Assembly: GCF_051549785.1 (NCBI RefSeq)
Contig: NZ_CP189974.1
Location: 34,093 to 98,092, forward strand
Direction of reading: 5' to 3'
DNA: 64,000 nucleotides
Origin: Candidatus Caldatribacterium sp. SIUC1
GTDB lineage: Bacteria > Atribacterota > Atribacteria > Atribacterales > Caldatribacteriaceae
How positions within the stretch are numbered: position 1 is the stretch's first letter; each line of letters starts with the position of its first letter. Positions 20,398-28,812 of the stretch are shown in pieces. The notes under the pieces were generated by a model. It saw only the letters and a list, made by a program, of their open reading frames with translations, was not told where the DNA came from and ran no database searches. A program made the translations under genes and the position numbers.

Positions 20398-21062
20398 CTC
20401 TCCCCCCGGATTCGTCCCCGCTCAAGCAAAATCGCCCGCGCCGGGAAGCGCTCAAGGAGAGCTTCGTTGTGGGTGGCCACGATGACCGTCACGCGATCAT
20501 TCCGGGAAAGGTTCCAGAGGAGATTCAGAACCTCAAGCGCTGAGGCAGCGTCGAGATTTCCCGTTGGTTCATCGGCAAGAACAAGCTTTGGTCGATGAAC
20601 TAAGGCACGCCCAACGCAGAGTTTCTGCTTCTCTCCCCCTGAGAGCCATCGAGCCCTGAATGTGCTTTTCTTCTCAAGACCAAGAAGACGCAGTACATCC
20701 CAGGCGACCTTTCTGGCCTCCTTCCCGTTAACTCCAAGGACCACAAGAGGTGCTACAAGGTGCTCGTACACCGTCCAATCCGGGACAATCTCCAGGTCCT
20801 GAAAGACCACACCCAGGTGCTGCCGGAGAAAGGGGACAAAGCGGGGATCCAGGGTGTCAATCCGGCGTCCGGAAAACCATATTTCCCCCTCGGTGGGTCG
20901 CTCTTCTTGAGTAATGAGCCGGAAGAGCGTCGTTTTCCCGGCTCCAGTCGGTCCCTGGAGGAAAAGGAACTCCCCCCTCTCCACGGTAAAGGTCACCTTT
21001 TCCAGGGCCCGGATCCCGGGGGGATACACCTTTGAGACTCCGCGGAACTCCAAAAACGCCAT
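20391..21062 (-). CDS. ftsE: cell division ATP-binding protein FtsE
   Basis: 223 aa. Walker A GPTGAGKTT and ABC signature LSGGEKQ. Confidence 0.9.
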   Translation of the reverse strand: MAFLEFRGVSKVYPPGIRALEKVTFTVERGEFLFLQGPTGAGKTTLFRLITQEERPTEGEIWFSGRRIDTLDPRFVPFLRQHLGVVFQDLEIVPDWTVYEHLVAPLVVLGVNGKEARKVAWDVLRLLGLEKKSTFRARWLSGGEKQKLCVGRALVHRPKLVLADEPTGNLDAASALEVLNLLWNLSRNDRVTVIVATHNEALLERFPARAILLERGRIRGERC

Positions 21063-21074
21063 GGTTCTCCTCTC

Positions 21075-21818
21075 TCACCCCGTATTATACCACCCCCACC
21101 ATTTCTCCCTGAGAAGCCAGAGGCCAAAGCGAAGGAAAGCCGGAACCACACGCCGGATCCTCCGGGGTTCAAGGAACAGTCGCCACAGCCACTCAAGGCC
21201 GAGGGAACGGAAAAGAAGGGGAGCACGGGGAAGCCTCCCTGCCCACACATCGAAACTCCCTCCAACACCCATGAAAACCTTCGCCGGAAGCACCTCCCGA
21301 TAGCGGGCAATCCAGAGCTCTTGTTTTGGCACACCCATGCCCACAAAGAGCACTTCCGGAGCGGCACGCTTAATGTCCTCGACGACCTCCGCATCGTCGG
21401 TGAAGTACCCGTGGTGACACCCGCAGACCTTGAGACCCGGATAGCGGTGCTGCATGGCCTGGACGGCCCGCTGCGCCACACCCTCCCGGGCACCGAGGAA
21501 GTAAAACCCCCAGCCCCGTTCGCTCCCCCACGCCATGATGGCCTCCGCTACGTCTATTCCCGGAAGCCGCCGAAGAACCCCGCACCGCAAGAAGCGGGAA
21601 GCCCACACCACCCCCATGCCATCGGGAAGACGAAGCTCAGCTGAAGCAAGAACCTCGAGGAAGCGAGGATCGCGGAGCACCAGCATCTCTGGATTCACCG
21701 TCACAATGTGGAGCTTTCTGCCCTGCTCCACAGCGTCCTCAACCACACTCCGCAAATCCTCAAGTCCCCCGGCAAAAAAGGAATACCCCAGAAGTGTAAC
21801 AGCCAGCACAGACCTCAC
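21075..21818 (-). CDS. WecB/TagA/CpsF family glycosyltransferase
   Basis: 247 aa. ..HIVTVNPEMLV.. ..LPDGMGVVWAS.. are typical of TagA-family N-acetylmannosaminyltransferases. Confidence 0.8.
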   Translation of the reverse strand: MRSVLAVTLLGYSFFAGGLEDLRSVVEDAVEQGRKLHIVTVNPEMLVLRDPRFLEVLASAELRLPDGMGVVWASRFLRCGVLRRLPGIDVAEAIMAWGSERGWGFYFLGAREGVAQRAVQAMQHRYPGLKVCGCHHGYFTDDAEVVEDIKRAAPEVLFVGMGVPKQELWIARYREVLPAKVFMGVGGSFDVWAGRLPRAPLLFRSLGLEWLWRLFLEPRRIRRVVPAFLRFGLWLLREKWWGWYNTG

Positions 21819-22882
21819 CCCAGGGTGCTTTCCAGAAGGCGGGCAAGCTCTCCCTTTGCAGCAAGCGCTCGCTTTCGGAACACATCTTGCAAGACGCGCG
21901 TCTTTTCACGAAGTACCGCAGCGTCCTGTAGGACAGTGCAAAGCAGGGCAGGTTCAAGCGCCGCCAGGGACAGGAGGTTTTTCCCCTCCCAGTGAGCGCT
22001 GAAGGCCACGATCTTCGGGTCAAGGTCAAAGGCCCACCAGGGAACACCGCTTTGGGTGGCCAGCACCAGGGGATGGAAGCGCATGCTCACCACTCCAGAA
22101 AGTCCCGAAAAATAGGAGAGAACCTCAGAAACTCTGGAGAAGACGTATACCGGGGCGCGGAGATGTCCTGCAAAGGACTCTGCGACCTCTTGATCCTCCC
22201 CCCGGTGGAACGCCACGAATTCAAGGTCCCACCCCTCCTTCTGGAGCCTCCGCAATCCTTCACAGAGTACTTCCTTTCGCCCCAGGGCCTCCCGCCGCAG
22301 GAAAATCCCAAGACGCGGCGAAGACGTTCTCGCTTCCTCCTGTTCAAGGAGGAAAACCGGATCGGCCCCCAGAGAAGCAGGACAAAGGCGGTGTTCTTCA
22401 AGGAACGCCAGGGTGGCCTCATCCCGGGCAAGGAACAGCCGCACCCGGCGAAGGAGCTTCCTGACAAGCTTCACACTGAGCTTCCTTCGAAAAGGACCAA
22501 GGCCGCAACCAAAAAAGACCACCGGCTTTCCTACGCGCTGAGCCAGAGACAGAAAGGCCGTGTAGTACAGGAGGGAGCGAAAACTGGTGGCATCCTGAAG
22601 GAGACTCCCCCCACCCACGACAACTCCCAGGCTCTCAAAGAGTGCCGAGAGCACCCGATCAGGGCGCCGCCGCTCCACCAGGATTACCTCCCCGGGAAGC
22701 GGAGGCACAAGGGATGGATTTCCCACAATCACCCGGTAGGCGAAAGGAAGGGAGCGTTCCTGCCTGATGTCCTCAAGCGCCCTGAGTGTCGCAAGCAGGC
22801 TCAGCTCATCCCCCCAGTTGCCGAAGCCATAGTACCCGTAGAGCACAAGGGGGATTCTCCGGGAAGGCGTTATGCGCCCCAT
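21815..22882 (-). CDS. csaB: polysaccharide pyruvyl transferase CsaB-like
   Basis: YYGFGNWGDELSLLATLRAL pyruvyl-transferase motif. Probable ATG at 22882. The ORF-track N-terminal extension overlaps the upstream gene. Confidence 0.75.
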   Translation of the reverse strand: MGRITPSRRIPLVLYGYYGFGNWGDELSLLATLRALEDIRQERSLPFAYRVIVGNPSLVPPLPGEVILVERRRPDRVLSALFESLGVVVGGGSLLQDATSFRSLLYYTAFLSLAQRVGKPVVFFGCGLGPFRRKLSVKLVRKLLRRVRLFLARDEATLAFLEEHRLCPASLGADPVFLLEQEEARTSSPRLGIFLRREALGRKEVLCEGLRRLQKEGWDLEFVAFHRGEDQEVAESFAGHLRAPVYVFSRVSEVLSYFSGLSGVVSMRFHPLVLATQSGVPWWAFDLDPKIVAFSAHWEGKNLLSLAALEPALLCTVLQDAAVLREKTRVLQDVFRKRALAAKGELARLLESTLG

Positions 22883-24723
22883 CGGCCCACCGTGCGCCAG
22901 AGCCAGAGCGCGAAGAGCACGGCGAGATAGTACACACCAAAGACCGGAAAACTCAGGGAAAGGGCGTTCACGAAGCGGAGGAGGATGAAAAAAAGCGGCG
23001 TGTGGAGGTGGCAGAAGGAATTCACCAGGGTCACAAACCCTACGGTTGCCGAGAGCCAGAGCACCATCCGGTACACCGGCCGGAGGTCCCGGAGGCACGC
23101 AAGAAGCCACAGGGCCGGGTACCCGATGAGGAACTCCTTGGTCCGGGGACGGGCAAAGAGCACCCGCTCAAGGAACGCCCGCATCCGACTCTCTAACTCT
23201 CCCGCTCCAAGAAGGGGGAAATTCCCCGAACGGGTGAGATAGAGCACAAAGGCCACTCCAAGCACCACAGCGATGAGGAGTTCAAATCGCCGAAGACCTC
23301 CAAGGAGTACTTCCTGAAGACTTCCCCCAAGAAGGCGGCGACGGAAAAGGTAAAGGAAGACAAGCACCACAGGAAGTGTGAGCATGACCTTCACACCGAA
23401 GTACTGCTCAATGCGCTGGACGAAAAGCCAGTGGTACAGTCCCTGGGCAATGACAAGGGAACCCGCGAAAGCCACGAGAAAGGCCTCAAGGATACCCCGA
23501 AATTTCCTCCCCTGAGAAAACTCTTCCACAAGGAGCATGACCGAAAGCGTCGGTGCGGTCACTCCGGCACAGAGGCCGATGATTTTCATCCCCCAGAGGG
23601 GACTGGCAAAGACCGCACCTGAAAGGAGCGTTCCTCCCAAAAACCCCAGCCAGAGGGGGAGACGGGAGAACAGCGCCTCAAGGAGGAAAAGGGCAAAAAA
23701 CGAAACCACAAAGGCAGAGAGCACAAGAAACGCCTGTGAGGGGGCGAAGGCTCTGTGGGGGAGAGAGGGCAGACCAAAGGCCAACCCCTGTGTCTGGATA
23801 TCCCCACGAAGGGCCTGAAGGTACGCCAGATTCTGTTCCCAGCCAGTGAAAGAGGGTTCGGTGAAAAGACGAAGGTACAGTACCCGAATTGAGCGTTCCT
23901 TTAGGGCCCGAAGAAACCGTTCCCGGGCCGTTCCGGGAGTGTAGTTCTTGAGCTCATCGGGGGGAATGCTGTGCACCCGGAGCGTCCACTGGGGCAAAAG
24001 CCGCGCCAGGGTGTCCTCACCCTTCTGCCCCACGAATTCCACGTACCCAAAAAAGAGCCCACGGCTACTGAGAAAGTCAGCGAACCTCCGGAGTGACTGA
24101 GGATTCCCGTATCCCGGAATGCTATCACCAGAAGCGATGACCCCCACCACTCCCTCGTTCTTCCACACGTCGTCCCCAAGGAGGCGGGAGAGCACTTCAG
24201 GGGAAACGTTCAGATAGTTGTACGGTCGAAGGACCAGGGTACAACCTTCTTCCCTCAGGCGCCGGATGAGATCCCTGTCCCAGCCAAGACCCACCTTTTC
24301 CTCCTCTTCAGGAAGCAGGCTCACCCCGAGAACTTCTCCAAAAACCTCCACCCGTTTCCCCAGGGTACTCAGCCGCTCCACCAAGGTCTTTCGCACCGTT
24401 TCTGAAGCAACGGTGAAGTACTGAAGGTAAGGTGGAGCATCAGGGGGTGCGGGAGCAGGAACAAGCAAACCCCGCGCTTTCAGGGTTTTCAGGGACCATT
24501 CGCTCACCCCAAAGACGGCAAACCCTTGTTGCCTCAGTTCCCGGGCAAGCCCAAAGGGGTCCACACCTTTCGTGCGGGCAAACCACTCTAAGTCATCCCA
24601 GTCCACCACAAGGAGAACGCTACGGTTCTCTCGTTCCCGGGCTATGCGCTCAAGGGCAAAGGGGAAAGCCGCCACAAGGACGACGATGCTCAGAAGGACA
24701 AGAAGGCGCCTCCCCGGCATCAC
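22870..24723 (-). CDS. large polytopic membrane protein (DUF5693-like), cell-wall polysaccharide associated
   Basis: 617 aa. N-terminal soluble domain followed by about 10 TM helices. Neighbours csaB/tagA. Confidence 0.55.
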   Translation of the reverse strand: MMPGRRLLVLLSIVVLVAAFPFALERIARERENRSVLLVVDWDDLEWFARTKGVDPFGLARELRQQGFAVFGVSEWSLKTLKARGLLVPAPAPPDAPPYLQYFTVASETVRKTLVERLSTLGKRVEVFGEVLGVSLLPEEEEKVGLGWDRDLIRRLREEGCTLVLRPYNYLNVSPEVLSRLLGDDVWKNEGVVGVIASGDSIPGYGNPQSLRRFADFLSSRGLFFGYVEFVGQKGEDTLARLLPQWTLRVHSIPPDELKNYTPGTARERFLRALKERSIRVLYLRLFTEPSFTGWEQNLAYLQALRGDIQTQGLAFGLPSLPHRAFAPSQAFLVLSAFVVSFFALFLLEALFSRLPLWLGFLGGTLLSGAVFASPLWGMKIIGLCAGVTAPTLSVMLLVEEFSQGRKFRGILEAFLVAFAGSLVIAQGLYHWLFVQRIEQYFGVKVMLTLPVVLVFLYLFRRRLLGGSLQEVLLGGLRRFELLIAVVLGVAFVLYLTRSGNFPLLGAGELESRMRAFLERVLFARPRTKEFLIGYPALWLLACLRDLRPVYRMVLWLSATVGFVTLVNSFCHLHTPLFFILLRFVNALSLSFPVFGVYYLAVLFALWLWRTVGRWGA

Positions 24724-25085
24724 AGACGCACCTCTTCGACGTCAAAGAGGGGATCGCCCACGTCCACGGTGTCGTTCTCCTCAACGTAGACCTGCGTGAT
24801 CACCCCATCGTGTTCCACCGGAATCTCGTTCTCCATCTTCATGGCTTCAAGAATCACCGCAACGTGTCCGGCCCGGACCTCGTCCCCCTTCTTCACGTTG
24901 ACGGCCACAATCCGCCCCGGCATGGGCGCCCGAACGGTGGTGGTCACCCGAAGGCCCTCAGCGGGTTTTGATTCTCCAATCCTTCGAATGTCACTCACGC
25001 TAAAGGCTTTCTTCTCACCCCCGGTGATCTCCACAACCTCGACCTCGTACTCCTCACCGTTCACCCGAACGAGGAATTTCCGCAC
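24720..25085 (-). CDS. biotin carboxyl carrier / biotin-lipoyl attachment domain protein (1.3S-like)
   Basis: 121 aa. GTG start with RBS GGGGAGGT. EAMKMENEI biotinylation motif at the C-terminus. Confidence 0.8.
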   Translation of the reverse strand: MRKFLVRVNGEEYEVEVVEITGGEKKAFSVSDIRRIGESKPAEGLRVTTTVRAPMPGRIVAVNVKKGDEVRAGHVAVILEAMKMENEIPVEHDGVITQVYVEENDTVDVGDPLFDVEEVRL

Positions 25086-25090
25086 GATCC

Positions 25091-25285
25091 TTACCTCCCC
25101 AGACGAATCCGCAGGCGTCCTTCCTGCAGAGCCAGTGCTTTCCAGGCATGGCTTTTCCGCAAAACGTAAGGCTTCTGACGTGGAGACTCTTCAGCTGTTT
25201 CCAGAAATTCCATGAGCGCAGCCACAATGGCAGCAACGACCTCTGGTTTCACACCCACCCCAAGGTCACACCGGGAAATTGCCAT
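25091..25285 (-). CDS. small subunit-like ORF (OadG/MmdD-like C-terminal motif)
   Basis: About 64 aa if started at MAISRC... Contains ..EVVAAIVAALMEFL.. resembling Na-pump decarboxylase gamma/delta subunits, but no TM helix. Overlaps the carboxyltransferase 3' end. Coding status uncertain. Confidence 0.3.
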   Translation of the reverse strand: MAISRCDLGVGVKPEVVAAIVAALMEFLETAEESPRQKPYVLRKSHAWKALALQEGRLRIRLGR

Positions 25286-26825
25286 GCTTTTTCCCCTTCC
25301 TCTCCTCCCGTTTCGACCAGAAAACCTCAAGTGCCCGGCCGATTTTGAGGCGCGTCAGGCGGGGGTCGATGACCTGGTCGACATACCCCCGTTTTGCAGC
25401 CTGATAGGGATTGTAGAACTCCTGACGGTACGCTTCAAGCAGCCGTTCCCGTTCCCTTTCGGGGTCCAGAGCGCCTTCAATCTCCCGGCGAAAGATAATT
25501 TCCACCGCACCTTCTGCGCCCATCACGGCAATTTCGGCAGTCGGCCAGGCGAAGACCACGTCTGCCCCCAGGTCCCGACTGCACATGGCAAGGTATGCCC
25601 CTCCATAGGCCTTGCGGAGGATGACCGTGATTTTCGGAACCGTGGCCTCAGAATACGCGTAGAGCATCTTTGCCCCGTGGCGGATAATTCCTCCAAACTC
25701 CTGGTTCGTTCCAGGCAGAAACCCCGGAACATCAACCAGCGTCACCAGAGGAATGTTGAAGCAATCGCAGAAGCGAATGAACCGCGACGCCTTATCCGCC
25801 GAATCGATGTCAAGACACCCCGCCAGATGATACGGCTGATTCGCCACAATCCCCACCACATGCCCTCCAATTCGGGCAAACCCCACGACGATGTTACGGG
25901 CAAAGCTCTTGTGAACCTCGAAGAATTCCCCCTGGTCCACGATACAGCGGATGACCTCTTTCACGTCGTAGGGCTTGTTGGGGTTGGTGGGGACAATCCC
26001 AAGCAGGCGCTCCTCCTGCCGTTCCAGGGGGTCACCGGTTTCCACAAAAGGGGGGTCTTCGGCGTTGTTTGAAGGGAGGAAGGAGAGGAGTTTCCGGACC
26101 TCCCGGAAACATTCCTCCTCGGTGCGGGCTGTAAAATGCGCAACACCGCTTCTTGTTGCGTGGGTCATGGCCCCCCCGAGTTCCTCGGCTGAAACCTCTT
26201 CTCCTGTGGCTGCCTTCACTACCTGGGGACCGGTGACGAACATCCGGCTGATGCCCTCAACCATGAAGATGAAATCCATGAGCGCTGGGGAGTACACCGC
26301 ACCCCCCGCACAGGGACCGGCGATAACGGCAATTTGCGGGATGACGCCTGACGCCTGGGTATTGCGGAAGAAAATCTGTCCGTATCCTGAAAGGGAGTCG
26401 ATGCCCTCCTGAATCCTTGCACCCCCCGAATCGTTGATGCCCACAAGGGGGGCACCGACTTTCAGAGCCATGTCCATGATTTTGCAGATTTTCTTGGCCT
26501 GCATCTCCCCCAGGGACCCACCCATGACGGTGAAATCCTGGGAGTACACAAAGACCACCCGGCCATCGATGGTTCCAAAGCCCGTGACCACCCCGTCGGC
26601 GGGGAGCTTCCGCTCGGGCATGCCGAATTTCTCCGCCCGGTGCTCCACGAAAAGGTCAATTTCCTCAAAGCTTCCCTCGTCAAGCAAAAGGGCAATTCGC
26701 TCTCGAGCGGTGAGCTTGCCACTTTGATGTTGCTTTTCAACAGCCTTCTCCCCACCACCCAGAAGGAGAACGGCTTCTTTCTCCCTGAGCTCTCTGAGGA
26801 GCTCCTCCATGGTTTTGCGAGCCAT
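25266..26825 (-). CDS. acyl-CoA carboxyltransferase (propionyl-CoA carboxylase beta / methylmalonyl-CoA decarboxylase alpha family)
   Basis: 519 aa. The carboxyl-transferase N and C domains are intact. The C-terminus ends ..KHGNFPV, typical of the PCC beta family. Confidence 0.88.
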   Translation of the reverse strand: MARKTMEELLRELREKEAVLLLGGGEKAVEKQHQSGKLTARERIALLLDEGSFEEIDLFVEHRAEKFGMPERKLPADGVVTGFGTIDGRVVFVYSQDFTVMGGSLGEMQAKKICKIMDMALKVGAPLVGINDSGGARIQEGIDSLSGYGQIFFRNTQASGVIPQIAVIAGPCAGGAVYSPALMDFIFMVEGISRMFVTGPQVVKAATGEEVSAEELGGAMTHATRSGVAHFTARTEEECFREVRKLLSFLPSNNAEDPPFVETGDPLERQEERLLGIVPTNPNKPYDVKEVIRCIVDQGEFFEVHKSFARNIVVGFARIGGHVVGIVANQPYHLAGCLDIDSADKASRFIRFCDCFNIPLVTLVDVPGFLPGTNQEFGGIIRHGAKMLYAYSEATVPKITVILRKAYGGAYLAMCSRDLGADVVFAWPTAEIAVMGAEGAVEIIFRREIEGALDPERERERLLEAYRQEFYNPYQAAKRGYVDQVIDPRLTRLKIGRALEVFWSKREERKGKKHGNFPV

Positions 26826-26878
26826 ACCTCTTTCGCCTCACAGGTTTTCGTATTTCCTACCAGATGCCACCCCGGATG

Positions 26879-27706
26879 TCAAGAGCAAGAAGGCTGCCAG
26901 GAGGGAAAGAGCACACCCTCGACATCCACGTGTACTGCCTGGAGCTCAACCCCTGTGAGGTACTCCACTCGCTCCCGGAGGTACTGCTGCAGGAAACGGC
27001 AGACCTCGGCCACCGACGAACCGTTCTGGAGCACACACGAAAGCTCCACCTCAAGACCCCGTTCCGTCCGGCGCAGATTGATGGCGGTAATCTTCTGCAC
27101 CCAGGGAGTGTGCACAAGGCAGAGGAACACAAGGGTCCGCAGGGCAGCTTCACTGACGACGAGCTTTCCAAGGTAACTGAAGGGTGGACGCACTACCGTT
27201 TTCTCCCGGGAGGTGTAGAACCAGCGCCACACGCCCACGGGAAGGGCATCGGTAATGGCGCTCCAGAGATTGCGCTTGACCTCCACAAGGGGCACGGGAA
27301 TGGTGTGCTTTCCCTGGGATTCCCGGGCTGCCAGAGCCATCTGAATCTCGTCAAGGGGCGCAAGGTGGAAAATATCCCAGACGACCTCAGGTTTCGGAAG
27401 CTCAAGGCGTTCGCAGATTTTCTCCACCATGGGGAGGGAAATGCCAAGGACCAGAACCTTTTCCGGGGCAAGTTCTTGAAGAGCCTTTTTGACTTCCTCC
27501 CGGTGGTTCGGGAAGTAAAAGACGGCAACCTTGGCCGCCCGGATTTTGCTGAGCTCAGCCTTTGCTGACCTCCCCGCCAGGATCCTCCCTGAGGCGATGA
27601 GCAACCCATCGTCAACAATGCAGTCGATCCCGTGTTCCTTTGCCAGGTGAGGAGCCCGGTAACTCTTCCCCGTCCCCGTTGGTCCGACAAGGGCATACAC
27701 CTTCAT
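26879..27706 (-). CDS. fusion protein: N-terminal P-loop NTPase + C-terminal Asp23/Gls24-like domain
   Basis: 275 aa. Walker A VGPTGTGKS at residues 7-15. C-terminal about 110 aa (..LRTLVFLCLVHTPWVQKITAINLRRTERGLEVELSCVLQNGSSVAEVCRFLQQYLRERVEYLTGVELQAVHVDVEGV) fits the Asp23 alkaline-shock family pattern. Confidence 0.55.
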   Translation of the reverse strand: MKVYALVGPTGTGKSYRAPHLAKEHGIDCIVDDGLLIASGRILAGRSAKAELSKIRAAKVAVFYFPNHREEVKKALQELAPEKVLVLGISLPMVEKICERLELPKPEVVWDIFHLAPLDEIQMALAARESQGKHTIPVPLVEVKRNLWSAITDALPVGVWRWFYTSREKTVVRPPFSYLGKLVVSEAALRTLVFLCLVHTPWVQKITAINLRRTERGLEVELSCVLQNGSSVAEVCRFLQQYLRERVEYLTGVELQAVHVDVEGVLFPSWQPSCS

Positions 27707-28798
27707 AGGCTCCGTTCCCTCTTGAGGAACGCTTCGATGAAGTCGTCGATTTCCCCATCCATCACCCGCTCAATGTTCCCCGTCTCGTGCCCTGTCCGGT
27801 GGTCCTTAACGAGCGTGTAGGGATGGAACACATAGGTCCGGATCTGGTTCCCCCAGGCGATGTCCTTCCGTTCTCCCTTGAGTTCCTGGATTTTCTTCAT
27901 CTGCTCCTGACGGTAGTATTCGTACAGACGGGCCCGGAGAATCCTCATGGCGACGGCTTTATTCTGGTGTTGGGAACGCTCGTTCTGACACTGGACCACA
28001 ATACCCGTGGGGATGTGGGTGATGCGGACAGCTGAATCGGTGACGTTCACGTGCTGCCCACCGTGACCGCTTGCTCTAAAGGTCTCAATCCGGAGATCCT
28101 GGGGGTTAATCTCCACCTTGACGTCCTCGCCGATTTCTGGAATGACGTCCACCAGGGCAAAAGTCGTGTGACGACGCCGGTTTGCATCAAAAGGAGAGAT
28201 GCGGATCAGGCGGTGCACCCCGTGTTCGGAACGGAGGTACCCGTACGCGTACTCTCCCTGAACAAGGAAGGTCACGTGTTTCAGCCCCGCCTCTTCCCCT
28301 TCGAGGATATCGGTTACCCGGACATCGAAACCCTTGCGTTCGCAGAAACGGAGGTACATCCGGAAGAGCATCTCCACCCAGTCCTGGGACTCCGTTCCTC
28401 CCGCACCCGAGTGAATGGTCACAATGGCGTTGCACCGGTCCTCTTCCCGACGGAACAGGAGCCGGATGTCCAGGTCCTCCACGGCTTCGGAGAGCTTCCG
28501 AACCTCCTGCACGAGCTCCTGGTACTCCGGGTCCTCGGGAGCGACAAGGTGCGCAAGCTCCTCCGTATCCTCCAGGCGTTTCTTGAGCTCCAGGTACTCC
28601 TCAAACACCTGCCGGTACTTCCGGTACTCCGCAAGGAGACGGCTCTGTTTCTCTCCGTCGCCCCAGAAATCACCCCGGGACATCTCGAACTCTATGGCCT
28701 TGATTTTTTCCGGAACCCTTTCCTCCTCAAAGATACCCTCCGATTTCCTCGAGTTTCTTTCGGATGAGGGTAAGGTCCCCGGAGAGGTCAACTTGCAT
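27703..28798 (-). CDS. prfB: peptide chain release factor 2, with programmed +1 ribosomal frameshift
   Basis: Frame 0 runs ATG(28798) MQVDLSGDLTLIRKKLEEIGGYL-TGA. The shift site CTT TGA G sits at 28727-28732, preceded by the internal SD GGAGGG. The +1 frame continues EEERVPEK...SPFDANRRRHTSFA..GQHVN (GGQ motif) to the stop at 27703. Total about 364 aa. Confidence 0.9.
28727..28747 (-). other. prfB autoregulatory +1 frameshift site (GGAGGG-TAT-CTT-TGA-G)
   Basis: Near-identical to the E. coli prfB recoding cassette (AGGGGG TAT CTT TGA C). Confidence 0.85.
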
Positions 28799-28812
28799 CG
28801 TTCTTCCTCCTT

